DNA of 64,000 bases from Candidatus Latescibacterota bacterium (lineage in GTDB: Bacteria > Latescibacterota > UBA2968). Positions 1 to 9,423 of the stretch are shown here, in pieces (the stretch's first letter is position 1; each line of letters opens with the position of its first letter). Under the pieces are notes generated by a model. That model was not told where the DNA came from and did no database searches. It saw nothing but the letters and a program-made list of their open reading frames with translations. Made by a program: the position numbers and the translations under genes. The stretch lies in assembly GCA_965116885.1 (NCBI GenBank), contig OZ220741.1, forward strand, positions 224,001 to 288,000, given 5' to 3'.

Positions 1-380
1 GATGCCTTCATATCGGTCGGCACGAGTTCGACATCAGAAGTCAACTCATAAATCGGAGTCTCTCGCCCGTTCGCCAGCGCGTCAAAAAACGAAATGCGCT
101 CGACCGCCTCTGCCATCGCCCCCGCCAGCACCTGCTGTTTGGAAAGCCCTTTGCCCATCGTGCGAAGCGCAATACCCTCCATCAGCGGCCCTTCGTATTT
201 GCGAAACAACGCCGACTGCACGTAATCCGTATAACAATCGGCGATCCACACCGTATCGTAAAACCGCCGCGCGCGCGTTTGAAACCGACACTTTTTGGAC
301 AGCGCCTCCCCAAACCGCGCAATGGTCTCTTCAAACGGAACCGTGCGATCGGCAATAACGATATGATGCGACTCACTCAT
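1..380 (-). CDS. YcaO-like protein, N-terminal part (runs off the left edge; absent from the ORF track)
   Basis: Manual translation from ATG at 380, which overlaps the TPR gene stop as ATGA: MSESHHIVIADRTVPFEETIARFGEAL...RTMGKGLSKQQVLAGAMAEAVERISFF..., open to the edge. RTVxxEETxxR and GKGxxxxQxxAxAxxEAxER match YcaO N-terminal motifs. Confidence 0.7.
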   Translation of the reverse strand, partial: MSESHHIVIADRTVPFEETIARFGEALSKKCRFQTRARRFYDTVWIADCYTDYVQSALFRKYEGPLMEGIALRTMGKGLSKQQVLAGAMAEAVERISFFDALANGRETPIYELTSDVELVPTDMKA

Positions 381-1510
381 TGCGCCCGTGCCCGATTCAT
401 ATCTTCAACCGCCTCGGCAAATCGCCCCATTTGCCGAAACGTCTCCGCGCGGAGTTCTCGTGCCCATCCATTTTCGGGATCGATATCCAGCGCCCGTGTA
501 AAATCTGAAACCGCTGCCTCATACTGCCCCAGCATCCGTCGGGACTCCCCGCGATTTGCCCAAACCCACGCATCGCCATCATCCAGCATCACCGCCCGAT
601 CAAAATCGACCAGCGACGCCTCGGGATCATTTTCCATCCGCAACGCAACGCCGCGCCCCATAAGCGCCCACAGATGATCGGGAAAATTCTCCAGCGCCCG
701 TGTAAAATCGCGTATTGCTTCGGCACTTCGCCCCAATTGCCGCAACATATCACCCCGTGCGGCCAACAAATCCGGGTCATCAGGTGCGACGACGAGTGCG
801 CGGTCAAAATCCAAAAGCGCGTCCTCCAATCGATCGCACTCTCGCAGCACCTCACCCCGCCCGATCAACGCGCCCAGATGATCGGGCATCGCCTTCAAAG
901 CCTCCCCAAACATCTCCATCGCAGCCTCAGCTTCATCTACCTGTCGATAGATCTCCGCCCGCCCGGCAAACGCATCCGGATGCCCATTGCCCACCGCAAT
1001 CGCCCGGTCAAAATCGACTGCAGCCGCATCGAAATGCCCCAAATGCATCAGCACATGCCCGCGACTAATCAGCGCGCCAAAATAATCTGCATCCAGATCC
1101 AAAACCCGATTGAGATCCCCCAGTGCCTCCTCAAGCCGCCCCATCTCGCGCAACGTCTCCCCCCGACTCGCAAGAACCTGCGTATTTTGCGGATCCAGCG
1201 CAACCGCCTTTCCAAAACTATCTATCGCCGCATCAAACTGCCCCATCAACCCGCAGGCAATCGCGCGATTGCTCCACACCCATGGATCGTCTGGAGCCAG
1301 AGCGATTGCGCGGTCAAAATCCGCAATCGCCGCATCAAATCTCCCCAATTGTCCATAAGTAATCCCGCGCTGAACAAACACCGCTGGATCGCCATCGCGG
1401 ATCGCAACAGCCGCATCAAAACCCGCAACAGCCGCTTCCAGATCGCCGCCATCGCGGTGCGCGATTGCGCGCTTAACCACAGCTTCAAAGTCATTTATAG
1501 ATAGAGACAT
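377..1510 (-). CDS. Tetratricopeptide repeat protein
   Basis: About 10 tandem 34-aa repeats of the type RG....G..EEA..DF.RA..LDP. Start MSLSIND at 1510 preferred over the ORF-track start. Confidence 0.9.
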   Translation of the reverse strand: MSLSINDFEAVVKRAIAHRDGGDLEAAVAGFDAAVAIRDGDPAVFVQRGITYGQLGRFDAAIADFDRAIALAPDDPWVWSNRAIACGLMGQFDAAIDSFGKAVALDPQNTQVLASRGETLREMGRLEEALGDLNRVLDLDADYFGALISRGHVLMHLGHFDAAAVDFDRAIAVGNGHPDAFAGRAEIYRQVDEAEAAMEMFGEALKAMPDHLGALIGRGEVLRECDRLEDALLDFDRALVVAPDDPDLLAARGDMLRQLGRSAEAIRDFTRALENFPDHLWALMGRGVALRMENDPEASLVDFDRAVMLDDGDAWVWANRGESRRMLGQYEAAVSDFTRALDIDPENGWARELRAETFRQMGRFAEAVEDMNRARAQ

Positions 1511-1669
1511 AAAAGAAAAAAAGGGAACCTCCGAAACAGCCGAAACGTAAACACAATGTAGATAAACCAAACCCCAAAATCAAGCGCAAACCCCGTGACA
1601 TTTTGCACGCGATTTAGTATATTACAGCGGTAAGAGGTAAAGTCCACTAAGGACACGAAGAAACACGAA

Positions 1670-1720
1670 GTAGGGGCGATTCCCTTCTGCCTGTTCGGGC
1701 GAGGCATGCCTCGCCCCTAC
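1670..1720. repeat. GTAG-type REP palindrome, family B (GGGCGAGGCATGCCTCGCCCCTAC)
   Basis: GTAGGGGCGA at 1670 pairs with TCGCCCCTAC at 1711-1720; the same 24-mer recurs at 52409-52432. Confidence 0.75.
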
Positions 1721-1743
1721 ATTTTATCTTATGGAGGAACACA

Positions 1744-3054
1744 ATGAAACATCTGCAAATGCGTATTTTCTCTATCGCCCTATTTCTGTGCTTATGCACA
1801 ACCGCTTTTGCCCAACCCAACATTGGGGAAAAAGTAAGCGAATTTCAGCTCCAGGCCCTCGACGGCAGGTTTTATGGCATCAGTCATTCGACTAATACCG
1901 TCTCCGTTCTCTTTTTTGTCGGCTACAACTGAGGAACTTGCATAGGGGCGGGTCCCGCCTTTGAACAAAATATCCACCAACGCAACAAAGATAAAACCGG
2001 CGTACAGATCCTCACACTCGACAGATACAATGGCAACCGCGCACAGGCGCAATCCTATGTGACACAAGCCAGGGTAACGACGCCCATGCTCACCAATGCC
2101 TCTGGCGTCTCCCAAACCCTCGGCACTCGCAACGAAGATATCCTCGTCATCGATCAGGGCGGCATCCTGCGCCTTAGAGCCACAGCAATCGCCTCAGGCT
2201 CTCATGACCTGATCAACGCCCAAGTCGATGCACTACTCAACAAAACGCCTATTATTACCCTATTCCCATCAGAGATCTACTTTGGCAGAACCCTTGAAGT
2301 GGGGCAATCCAAAACCGTAGAATTTAAAATCGAAAACACCGGTGCAGGTCCGCTCGAAATCACCGGATACTCGGCTCCCGAAGGCATCACAATGGAGCCA
2401 TCCACATTGACCATAGCGCCCGGCGAAAGCAAAACCGTACAAATCACCCTGACGCCAACTCAGGCCGGCACATTGTCGGGCAAAATCACCCTCCAACACG
2501 GCGAACAGAGTCTTGGCACACTGGAAATACCCGTACTCGACCTCACCATCGAAGCGCCCCAACTCCCGGTCATTTCGCTGGTTCAGGAAAACTTGAGCCT
2601 GGGTGAAATCGAAGTGGGCAAAGACGTCACTACAACATTCACCATCACAAATACTGGCTCGGGTCCACTCACCATCACAGACATCCAATCCAACATCGCG
2701 GGCATTGCATTTTCAGAAACCCAATTAACAGTGCCACCCGGTCAATCCCAAGACATCACCGTGACTTTCAGTCCGCCAGCCGAAGGTCCCATCACCGGCA
2801 CCATCGACATAACCTCAGACGACCCTGAAAAAGCCTCACTCAGTCTGTCAATCACCGGCTCGGCCATCTTCATCCCCGCTGATCCACGCACCGACTTCGA
2901 CGGTTCGCGCACCATTGACTTCTCGGACTTCCTCTTGTTCGTAAGTGCCTTTGGCACGACCGATGCAACCTTCGATCTCAACGGATCCGGCACTGTTGAC
3001 TTCTCCGACTTTCTCATATTTGTCGCGAACTTTGGGAAAACAATCAACGGATAA
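1744..3054 (+). CDS. Probable secreted selenoprotein: signal peptide, AhpC/TSA-type redoxin with UxxC motif, two Ig-like (choice-of-anchor D/ASH-type) domains and a dockerin/EF-hand-like C-terminus
   Basis: ORFs 1744-1932 and 2059-3054 share a frame, separated only by TGA at 1930-1932: VLFFVGYN-U-GTC-IGAGPAFEQ. A SECIS-like hairpin lies 11 nt downstream. IxNTGxGPLxIT occurs twice and DFDGSRTIDFSDFLLFVSAFG-like repeats end the protein. Confidence 0.85.
1944..1962 (+). promoter_or_regulatory. Candidate bacterial SECIS element
   Basis: AGGGGCGG-GTC-CCGCCTTT stem-loop with G in the loop, starting 11 nt after the in-frame UGA. Confidence 0.65.
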
Positions 3055-3063
3055 AATCCACCT

Positions 3064-3123
3064 GTAGGGACAACCCCCCGTGGTTGTCCCACCTTCGGGC
3101 GGGCACAGGGGCACCGCCCCTAC
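3064..3123. repeat. Inverted pair of GTAG-type REPs; the right one is family A (GGGCGGGCACAGGGGCACCGCCCCTAC)
   Basis: GTAGGGACAACCCCCCGTGGTTGTCCC followed by the family-A 27-mer, which recurs at 15249, 23816 and 50656. Confidence 0.8.
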
Positions 3124-3192
3124 ATACCCCAAGGTACATCTTTCATATACAACCCCATGCGGGATCATCTGTGTTAATCTGTGTCTCTTCCC

Positions 3193-3882
3193 ATGTCCCA
3201 CCGCCAAACGTTCATCAACGCATTCAAACGCATCCTCGAAATAGCGGATCACGACCATCTCTATTTGCCCTTTCAACGCGACAGCAAATTGCGGGCAAAA
3301 CACTTTCCCGGCGCAGGGTCTAAAATCGGGCGAAAAAAACTCATCGACGCATATCTCCTTGAATTTGGCGGCACCTACCCCGATGAAAAATTGCTCCAAC
3401 ACGCCACCTATCCCTGGATTCACGGGTACGACGCCAGCCTCACGCATATTCTCGATGACCTCCGAAAATACAAAAAAAAAGCTCCCGTCGAACTTCCTAC
3501 GGACCGAAGACGCGCACTCGAAAAGAAATTTACCCGCACGGGAGCCGAAGAAATCTCTGCCTTCTGGAGCGTATATGCCGCCGCCGACAACAGCTATCGC
3601 AAAAGCGTCATAGAAATGCTCGCCCGCGTCAAACCGCCCGAAACGGCCCCTCCGACCATAAAGCCCACAACGCGCGACGCCTCTCAAATCGAACCCACCA
3701 CACAGTCGGGATATGCTTTGATGGGCGCGCTTATCTTCTTTGTCCCCACCCTTATATTTACTATAATACAATATTGGCGACTCCCAAATGAAAGCCACTA
3801 TATCGCCTTATCAATCGCTGGATTTTTTGGGATAGTCACACTCGTATTTCTCATCGACTACTTGCGTAAACGCAACACATGA
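3193..3882 (+). CDS. Hypothetical protein with two C-terminal TM helices
   Basis: ~229-aa ORF, Pro/Thr-rich linker, two hydrophobic stretches; its stop overlaps the next ATG. Confidence 0.7.
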   Translation: MSHRQTFINAFKRILEIADHDHLYLPFQRDSKLRAKHFPGAGSKIGRKKLIDAYLLEFGGTYPDEKLLQHATYPWIHGYDASLTHILDDLRKYKKKAPVELPTDRRRALEKKFTRTGAEEISAFWSVYAAADNSYRKSVIEMLARVKPPETAPPTIKPTTRDASQIEPTTQSGYALMGALIFFVPTLIFTIIQYWRLPNESHYIALSIAGFFGIVTLVFLIDYLRKRNT

Positions 3883-5774
3883 CCACAATGAACAAAGGCA
3901 CCTACCCCCGGCCCCTTCCTGAGAGGAAGGGGAGAAAACCTACCATCCCTCGCTTCTTGCCCTTCATCTGCGTCCATCTGCGTCATCTGCGGATAATGAT
4001 CTCCACCGTCCTCTTTCTCACCCTCCCGCTTCACCCCTCGGCAGCCCCCCTCCAGATCGGCGACAGCCTCAATGATTTCGCCCTTGCCGACCTCAACGGC
4101 TCGCCCGTTACCCTCAGTGATTTATCTCAGAACCGCGCACTCGTCATCATCTTCAGCTCCATCGTCTGCCCCGCCTCGCTAAAATACGACATACACCGAA
4201 CACAAATACACGAACAGTATGCCTCCAAAGGTGTACACCTGATATCTGTAAATGCCAACTTTAACGAAACCGACAAAGACATCAAAGAACACCACGCCCA
4301 AAACCCCGTACCCTTCGCTGTCCTGCGCGACCCGCACAACAAACTCGCCGATCATCTCGGCGCAACACATACCCCCCATGCCTTTCTCTTTGACGCCCAA
4401 CGCCGCCTGCGCTACAAGGGCGAAATCGACAACGGCTGGGGCATACCCGAAGACACGACCTCCCGCGGATTGTGGGACGCCCTCGATGCACTGCTCGCCA
4501 ACCGCGAAATTATCAACACCAACCTGCCCAGTTTTGGCTGTGAAATCAGACGCACACCCCGGCCAACAACTGTGGCCAACACCTCCTCCCCAACATTTTA
4601 TCGCGACATCCTGCCCCTGCTCCAAAACCGCTGCCAGAACTGCCATCGCCCTGGCGGTATCGGTCGCGTACCCTTTTTCGACTACACAGAAGTACTCGCC
4701 TGGGCCTATCAGATGCGCGACTCCATCGAAGCCCGCATCATGCCACCCTGGAAAGCGCGCCCGGAATACGGCGACTTCAAAAATTCCCGCAGACTCACCG
4801 ACGCCGAAATACACACCTTCGCGCAATGGGTCAACAGCGGCATGCCAGAGGGCGATCCCTCCGACCAGCCCGAACCTCTCACATTTTCCAAAAGCTGGAC
4901 CCTGGGCACGCCCGATCTGATCCTCGAACCCGAAGCACCCTATTCACTCGAAGCCGTGGGGCGCGATGAATACCGTTGCTTTGTCTTACCCACAAAACAG
5001 GATACAGGCAACTACGTATCGGCCATTGAAGTACTACCCGGAGAACGCGAAGTCGTCCACCACGTCAGCGTGTACATCGACATCTCTGGCAAAGCGCGCC
5101 TGCAACAAAAAAACGCATCCTCGCCGGGCTACCCTTGCTTTGGCGGCATTGGCGTGCCCATCTACGAATCCCTGGGCGGTTGGGCACCCGGCAACACCCC
5201 CTTTGTCCTTCCAGAAGGCACAGGCCGCGATCTACCGCCCAACAGCGACATCATACTTCAGATCCACTATCACAAAATTGGTCGCGCCGTAAAAGACCAT
5301 TCTCGGCTGGGAATCTACTTTGCCAAAAAACCCGTCCAAAAACAGCTCAGAGAAGAAGTCATCAACAGCCGTTTGCTCTTCATTCCGCCCAACATCAAAC
5401 GACACAGAGTAACCGGCGCAATCACCATCACCCGCGACCAGCACCTGCTCGGCATCTTGCCGCACATGCACCTGCTGGGCACAGAAATGAAAATAACCGC
5501 AACTTATCCCGACGGCACGCAACACCCCTTAATATGGGTCAAACCCTATGACTTCAACTGGCAAGAAACCTACGTGTACAAAACACCCATCGCACTCCCG
5601 CGCGGTACCCGCATCGCGCTCGAAGCCTTTTACGACAACTCTGCCGACAACCCCCGAAACCCCAACAATCCACCCAGACTGGTGCGATGGGGCGAAAAAT
5701 CAACCGATGAAATGTGTACCGCATTTCTCTATGTCACGCACGACGATGAAAACTTAACAACAGGTAAGAAGTGA
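3879..5774 (+). CDS. Redoxin + c-type heme motif + copper type II ascorbate-dependent monooxygenase-like domains
   Basis: Redoxin N-terminus (DFALADLNG...CP...LRYKGEID), CQNCH, VVHH, PHMHLLG and DEMC copper-site motifs. Alternative start at 3996. Confidence 0.8.
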   Translation: MTTMNKGTYPRPLPERKGRKPTIPRFLPFICVHLRHLRIMISTVLFLTLPLHPSAAPLQIGDSLNDFALADLNGSPVTLSDLSQNRALVIIFSSIVCPASLKYDIHRTQIHEQYASKGVHLISVNANFNETDKDIKEHHAQNPVPFAVLRDPHNKLADHLGATHTPHAFLFDAQRRLRYKGEIDNGWGIPEDTTSRGLWDALDALLANREIINTNLPSFGCEIRRTPRPTTVANTSSPTFYRDILPLLQNRCQNCHRPGGIGRVPFFDYTEVLAWAYQMRDSIEARIMPPWKARPEYGDFKNSRRLTDAEIHTFAQWVNSGMPEGDPSDQPEPLTFSKSWTLGTPDLILEPEAPYSLEAVGRDEYRCFVLPTKQDTGNYVSAIEVLPGEREVVHHVSVYIDISGKARLQQKNASSPGYPCFGGIGVPIYESLGGWAPGNTPFVLPEGTGRDLPPNSDIILQIHYHKIGRAVKDHSRLGIYFAKKPVQKQLREEVINSRLLFIPPNIKRHRVTGAITITRDQHLLGILPHMHLLGTEMKITATYPDGTQHPLIWVKPYDFNWQETYVYKTPIALPRGTRIALEAFYDNSADNPRNPNNPPRLVRWGEKSTDEMCTAFLYVTHDDENLTTGKK

Positions 5775-5775
5775 C

Positions 5776-7371
5776 ATGAAAAAACTCCTCAAACTCAGCA
5801 TCCTGATCACCCTGACCCACGCGCCTATCTACGCCCAATGGAACATCGCCGTATTGCCACATGAAAACACACTGGGCGATCCGCAGTGGAATTGGCTCTC
5901 CGCAGCCATTGTCGAAGGATATATCAACGCCTATTACCATGTACCGAAAATACATGCCGTTGACGAAGAATATCTGCGCCACAAACTCGGAGACACCCCA
6001 GTAAGTTCCTCTGATCTCGCACAAAAATTAGACATCCACCTGATTTTAAGTGGGCGTTACGACATTGTGGGATCGCGCATCCAAATCGAAACCGACATGC
6101 TTCATACAACCACAGGCGAAGTCATCGAAACCTTTACAGGTCAGGCATCCATCTCTACGCCGCTCGACGCCATATTGCCCGTGCTCTACGCCATTGCAGA
6201 TCAGTTAAACGCGACCCTGACACCCCATGAAAAAACCCGCCTACAAATCCCCATGTTTCACGATCCACAAGCCCTTCGTATCGCAACCGAAAGCATGGTG
6301 ACACTGTATCGGGCACTGCGACAATCTCCCATTGACGACACGCTACTTACACAGGCTGAAGGCGGTCTAAAACGCGCCGTGCAACGCGATGCCAAAAGCG
6401 CGATGCCCCACTACTATCTCGGACGCATACACGAAACGCGCAACAAAATAACAGAAGCGGAAAATGCCTATCGCAACGCCCTCAAAATCGACTTTGAACA
6501 CGTTGCCGCGCGCTATCGCCTATCTCTGCTCCTCAAAAAGCGCGGACACACAGACGAAGCCATGAACGAACTCGAACAGGCCATCCAACAGTCGCCCATA
6601 AACCCCGATATTCAGGCAGCCCTATCCAGCATGTTTTTCAATCAATACGCCCAAACCTTTGAAACAATCACCACCCAACTTCGCCAGGCCATCCAGGCCA
6701 ATCCCGATGACCCCATTGCTTGTTATGAATTGGCCAATGCTTATAACGAACTCGACCGCATCGACGAAGCCACCGATTACTACCATCAAGCCCTACAACG
6801 CGATTCCACATTCGCCGATGCACACTTCAAACTCGGCCTGATTGCACACCGCAAAGGGAATCACGAAAAAGCCGTTGAGCACCTTCAAAAAGCCGCAGCG
6901 CACAACACCCAATTCACCCGAGTCCATTTTCGTCTCGGCACCATTCTCCACCTCATCGAGCACTATGACGCGGCGATCAAAGCCTTTTCAAAAGCCATCG
7001 AAGCCGAACCCAATTACGTCATCCCGCGCTATCACCTGGGCCTGAGCTATCTCGCAACCGCGCAAACAGATAGCGCTTATGAAGCCTTTCAGAAATACGC
7101 AGAACTCACCTCAGACGATCACCGCCCATATTTCCAAATGGCTGAGATCGCCCGCCAAAAAGGAGAAAACGAACGCGCAATTAACGGGTATATGCGCGCA
7201 ATCGCCATCAGCCCTGTCCACGTACCCTCGCACCTCCGCCTGGGCTATCTCCATGCCGAGCAGCAGCGCTTTGACCTCGCCATCCAGCAATTGCAAACCG
7301 CGCTGCGCCTGCAACCCGATCACCCGGATGCCGAAAAAATCCTCGCCGACATCCAGAAATGGACACCGTGA
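5776..7371 (+). CDS. Secreted TPR protein with TolB-like N-terminal domain
   Basis: Signal peptide, IAVLP.EN..GD...WLS motif, many TPRs. Confidence 0.85.
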   Translation: MKKLLKLSILITLTHAPIYAQWNIAVLPHENTLGDPQWNWLSAAIVEGYINAYYHVPKIHAVDEEYLRHKLGDTPVSSSDLAQKLDIHLILSGRYDIVGSRIQIETDMLHTTTGEVIETFTGQASISTPLDAILPVLYAIADQLNATLTPHEKTRLQIPMFHDPQALRIATESMVTLYRALRQSPIDDTLLTQAEGGLKRAVQRDAKSAMPHYYLGRIHETRNKITEAENAYRNALKIDFEHVAARYRLSLLLKKRGHTDEAMNELEQAIQQSPINPDIQAALSSMFFNQYAQTFETITTQLRQAIQANPDDPIACYELANAYNELDRIDEATDYYHQALQRDSTFADAHFKLGLIAHRKGNHEKAVEHLQKAAAHNTQFTRVHFRLGTILHLIEHYDAAIKAFSKAIEAEPNYVIPRYHLGLSYLATAQTDSAYEAFQKYAELTSDDHRPYFQMAEIARQKGENERAINGYMRAIAISPVHVPSHLRLGYLHAEQQRFDLAIQQLQTALRLQPDHPDAEKILADIQKWTP

Positions 7372-8081
7372 ACCTCCTCAAAAAATGTGGTGCTGAATTC
7401 ATCGGCGCATTTGCCATCGTCTTTGGCGGATGCGGAGCCATTGCCATCAATCAGCTATCCGAAGGTGCCATCACCCACGTGGGCATCGCAACATCCTTTG
7501 GCCTCATCGTCATGACAATGGTCTATGCCACCGGGCACATATCGGGCGCGCACTTCAACCCCGCTGTCACCACCGCCTTTGCCTTCACCCGCCACTTTCC
7601 CAAACGCGAAATCCTGCCCTACATCGCAGCGCAATGCCTCGGAGCCATCGCCGCCAGCGGCATTCACCTGTGGTCCCTCGCACCCATCTTAAAAGCAAAA
7701 CACCCACAGCAAACCCTCAACATAGGTGTCACACAACCGATGGATAACCTTTTTGCCACAGCTTTTATCTGGGAATTTTTGCTCACCTTCTTCTTAATGC
7801 TCGTCATCATGGCCGTTGCCACAGACTACCGCGCCACAGGTCAAGCCGCCGGCCTGGCCATTGGCGGCACCATCTGGTTTGAAGCCATGTTTGCCGGTCC
7901 GCTCTGTGGTGCCTCCATGAACCCGGCACGCAGCCTTGGTCCCGCTCTGGCCGCTGGTGATTGGACGCATTTTCCCGCTTATGTACTCGGTCCTATTCTC
8001 GGCGCAACCGCAGGCGCATTTTTTTACGAATTCATCCGCTGTCACTCTGACCCCGGCACCGATGTCAAAGGTTGTTGTTAA
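7359..8081 (+). CDS. Aquaporin/MIP channel, probably arsenic-related
   Basis: HISGAHFNPAVT and SMNPARS (two NPA motifs), C-terminal CC, directly upstream of an arsC remnant. Confidence 0.92.
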   Translation: MDTVNLLKKCGAEFIGAFAIVFGGCGAIAINQLSEGAITHVGIATSFGLIVMTMVYATGHISGAHFNPAVTTAFAFTRHFPKREILPYIAAQCLGAIAASGIHLWSLAPILKAKHPQQTLNIGVTQPMDNLFATAFIWEFLLTFFLMLVIMAVATDYRATGQAAGLAIGGTIWFEAMFAGPLCGASMNPARSLGPALAAGDWTHFPAYVLGPILGATAGAFFYEFIRCHSDPGTDVKGCC

Positions 8082-8099
8082 TCCATAGAAAGCCATTCC

Positions 8100-8189
8100 A
8101 TGAACCGCGTACTCATCCTCTGCACGGGCAACTCCTGCCTACGAGACCAAATCGCAAACTTCCTCCAGATAAAAAAAGCCTCGAAATAA
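8100..8189 (+). pseudogene. arsC: Internally deleted arsenate reductase (LMW-PTP family) remnant
   Basis: Translates as MNRVLILCTGNSC-LRDQIANFLQIKKASK*: the P-loop CTGNSC is fused straight to an RDQI-type C-terminal motif, with no RSQMAEG segment or core. Confidence 0.75.
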
Positions 8190-8202
8190 CTCGAGGCTTT
8201 AA
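8171..8202. terminator. Intrinsic terminator between convergent genes
   Basis: AAAGCCTCGA-aataac-TCGAGGCTTT hairpin with an A-run on the left. Confidence 0.7.
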
Positions 8203-8222
8203 ACAAAATATCGAAATTCACA

Positions 8223-9311
8223 CTATTCCCACACCACACGCGGCCCATCCACATAATCCAAAAAGCGATTTGCAATATCGGCCTGCGCCGTATCCTCTGT
8301 GTGAACAATCACGCGCCAGCGAAACGTCATCGACTCGCCATCGGACAAATGGTGATCGGGCTTGAACATCCAGCAATTGGGCGCGAACAACCCATAGCCT
8401 CGCACATGCCATGTGGTTGGATATCGGAAATTCTGCGGATGATCAAAAATGGCAAACCCGGCCACCTCATCGCCCACCGGGCCGTAGTAATCCATCCAGT
8501 GTGAAGGCAGCGACCAGCACCCCGTCTCATCCGTCGCACCATAGGCATTGCGCATCTGTCCATCGGCACTGGCATTCATCGACGGATTCACGCGAATACA
8601 CAAAAATCCACCCTCCTTCGTATCCCCAATCGTCACCGCACCGTGAGAAGCCTTGAGCGTCAGCGCAATATCCAAAACCGCGGCATCTCGCCCCGAATCG
8701 TACAACCGATACCAACGACTATCACTCATCAACGCGCGGTCGCCTTCATACCACGTATTTTCCGAAGCGATCACAAGAGACAATGGATTGTGCAAAATAG
8801 AAATATCATCCTGCGCCGTGCGCCCATATCCCGGTTGGTTGGGCCGCTCATTCCAGCAATCCACCCCATTTATAGCCCCCTGCATCAGGGTCAACCCCCG
8901 CTGCCAGGGATGTTCTCCCTCCCCCCATGCCGCCATCGGCTCACGCAACATATTGGTCCCATTCGGCGTTAAAATCGGATTGATAACCGGCTTGGGATAA
9001 TCCGTCGCATGGTGAAACGTCATAAACGGCGAACCCGAAAGAGAAACACTGAGTTTGCCATCGGCATCGTGCGACGAAATCCCCGCAGCCGCATCTGCGC
9101 TATCCAATGCCAACACCTCAAAACTCGCTTCCTCCCCCCCGTCCAGCGCGGGCAGATTGACGTGATACACAGGCGCAGACGGATCGCGTTCGGCAATCAG
9201 CACCTCACCTCTACCCTTCAACTGCAACAACGGAGCCTCACATCCCTCTGGAGCGGAAAAACTCGCCAGGTGCGCCGGACGAGAACGCGGAATTGAAAGC
9301 GTCAATTTCAT
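8223..9311 (-). CDS. PmoA-like (DUF6807-type) family protein; not a true methane monooxygenase
   Basis: KP.I.P...P.G, EHPWQRGL, DTKEGG, DHP.N.RYPT.WHVRGYGLF motifs. Confidence 0.75.
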   Translation of the reverse strand: MKLTLSIPRSRPAHLASFSAPEGCEAPLLQLKGRGEVLIAERDPSAPVYHVNLPALDGGEEASFEVLALDSADAAAGISSHDADGKLSVSLSGSPFMTFHHATDYPKPVINPILTPNGTNMLREPMAAWGEGEHPWQRGLTLMQGAINGVDCWNERPNQPGYGRTAQDDISILHNPLSLVIASENTWYEGDRALMSDSRWYRLYDSGRDAAVLDIALTLKASHGAVTIGDTKEGGFLCIRVNPSMNASADGQMRNAYGATDETGCWSLPSHWMDYYGPVGDEVAGFAIFDHPQNFRYPTTWHVRGYGLFAPNCWMFKPDHHLSDGESMTFRWRVIVHTEDTAQADIANRFLDYVDGPRVVWE

Positions 9312-9405
9312 ATCTCAAAACTCCTCCACAATAATGAAAAAAATGATCCTGCTATTGAAAAAAATGACCAAAAAACGACCAAAATCTGGCACTATTGCCA
9401 AATTA

Positions 9406-9421
9406 TGCAAACACCGTGCCA
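9406..9421 (-). promoter_or_regulatory. Sigma54 -24/-12 promoter for the PmoA-like gene
   Basis: Minus strand TGGCACGGTGTTTGCA matches TGGCAC-N5-TTGCW, ~95 nt upstream of the start. Confidence 0.75.
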
Positions 9422-9423
9422 GA

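Noticed and set aside
8223..9311. Particulate methane monooxygenase
   Set aside because: Soluble protein with no TM helices and no pmoB/pmoC; the family name is misleading.
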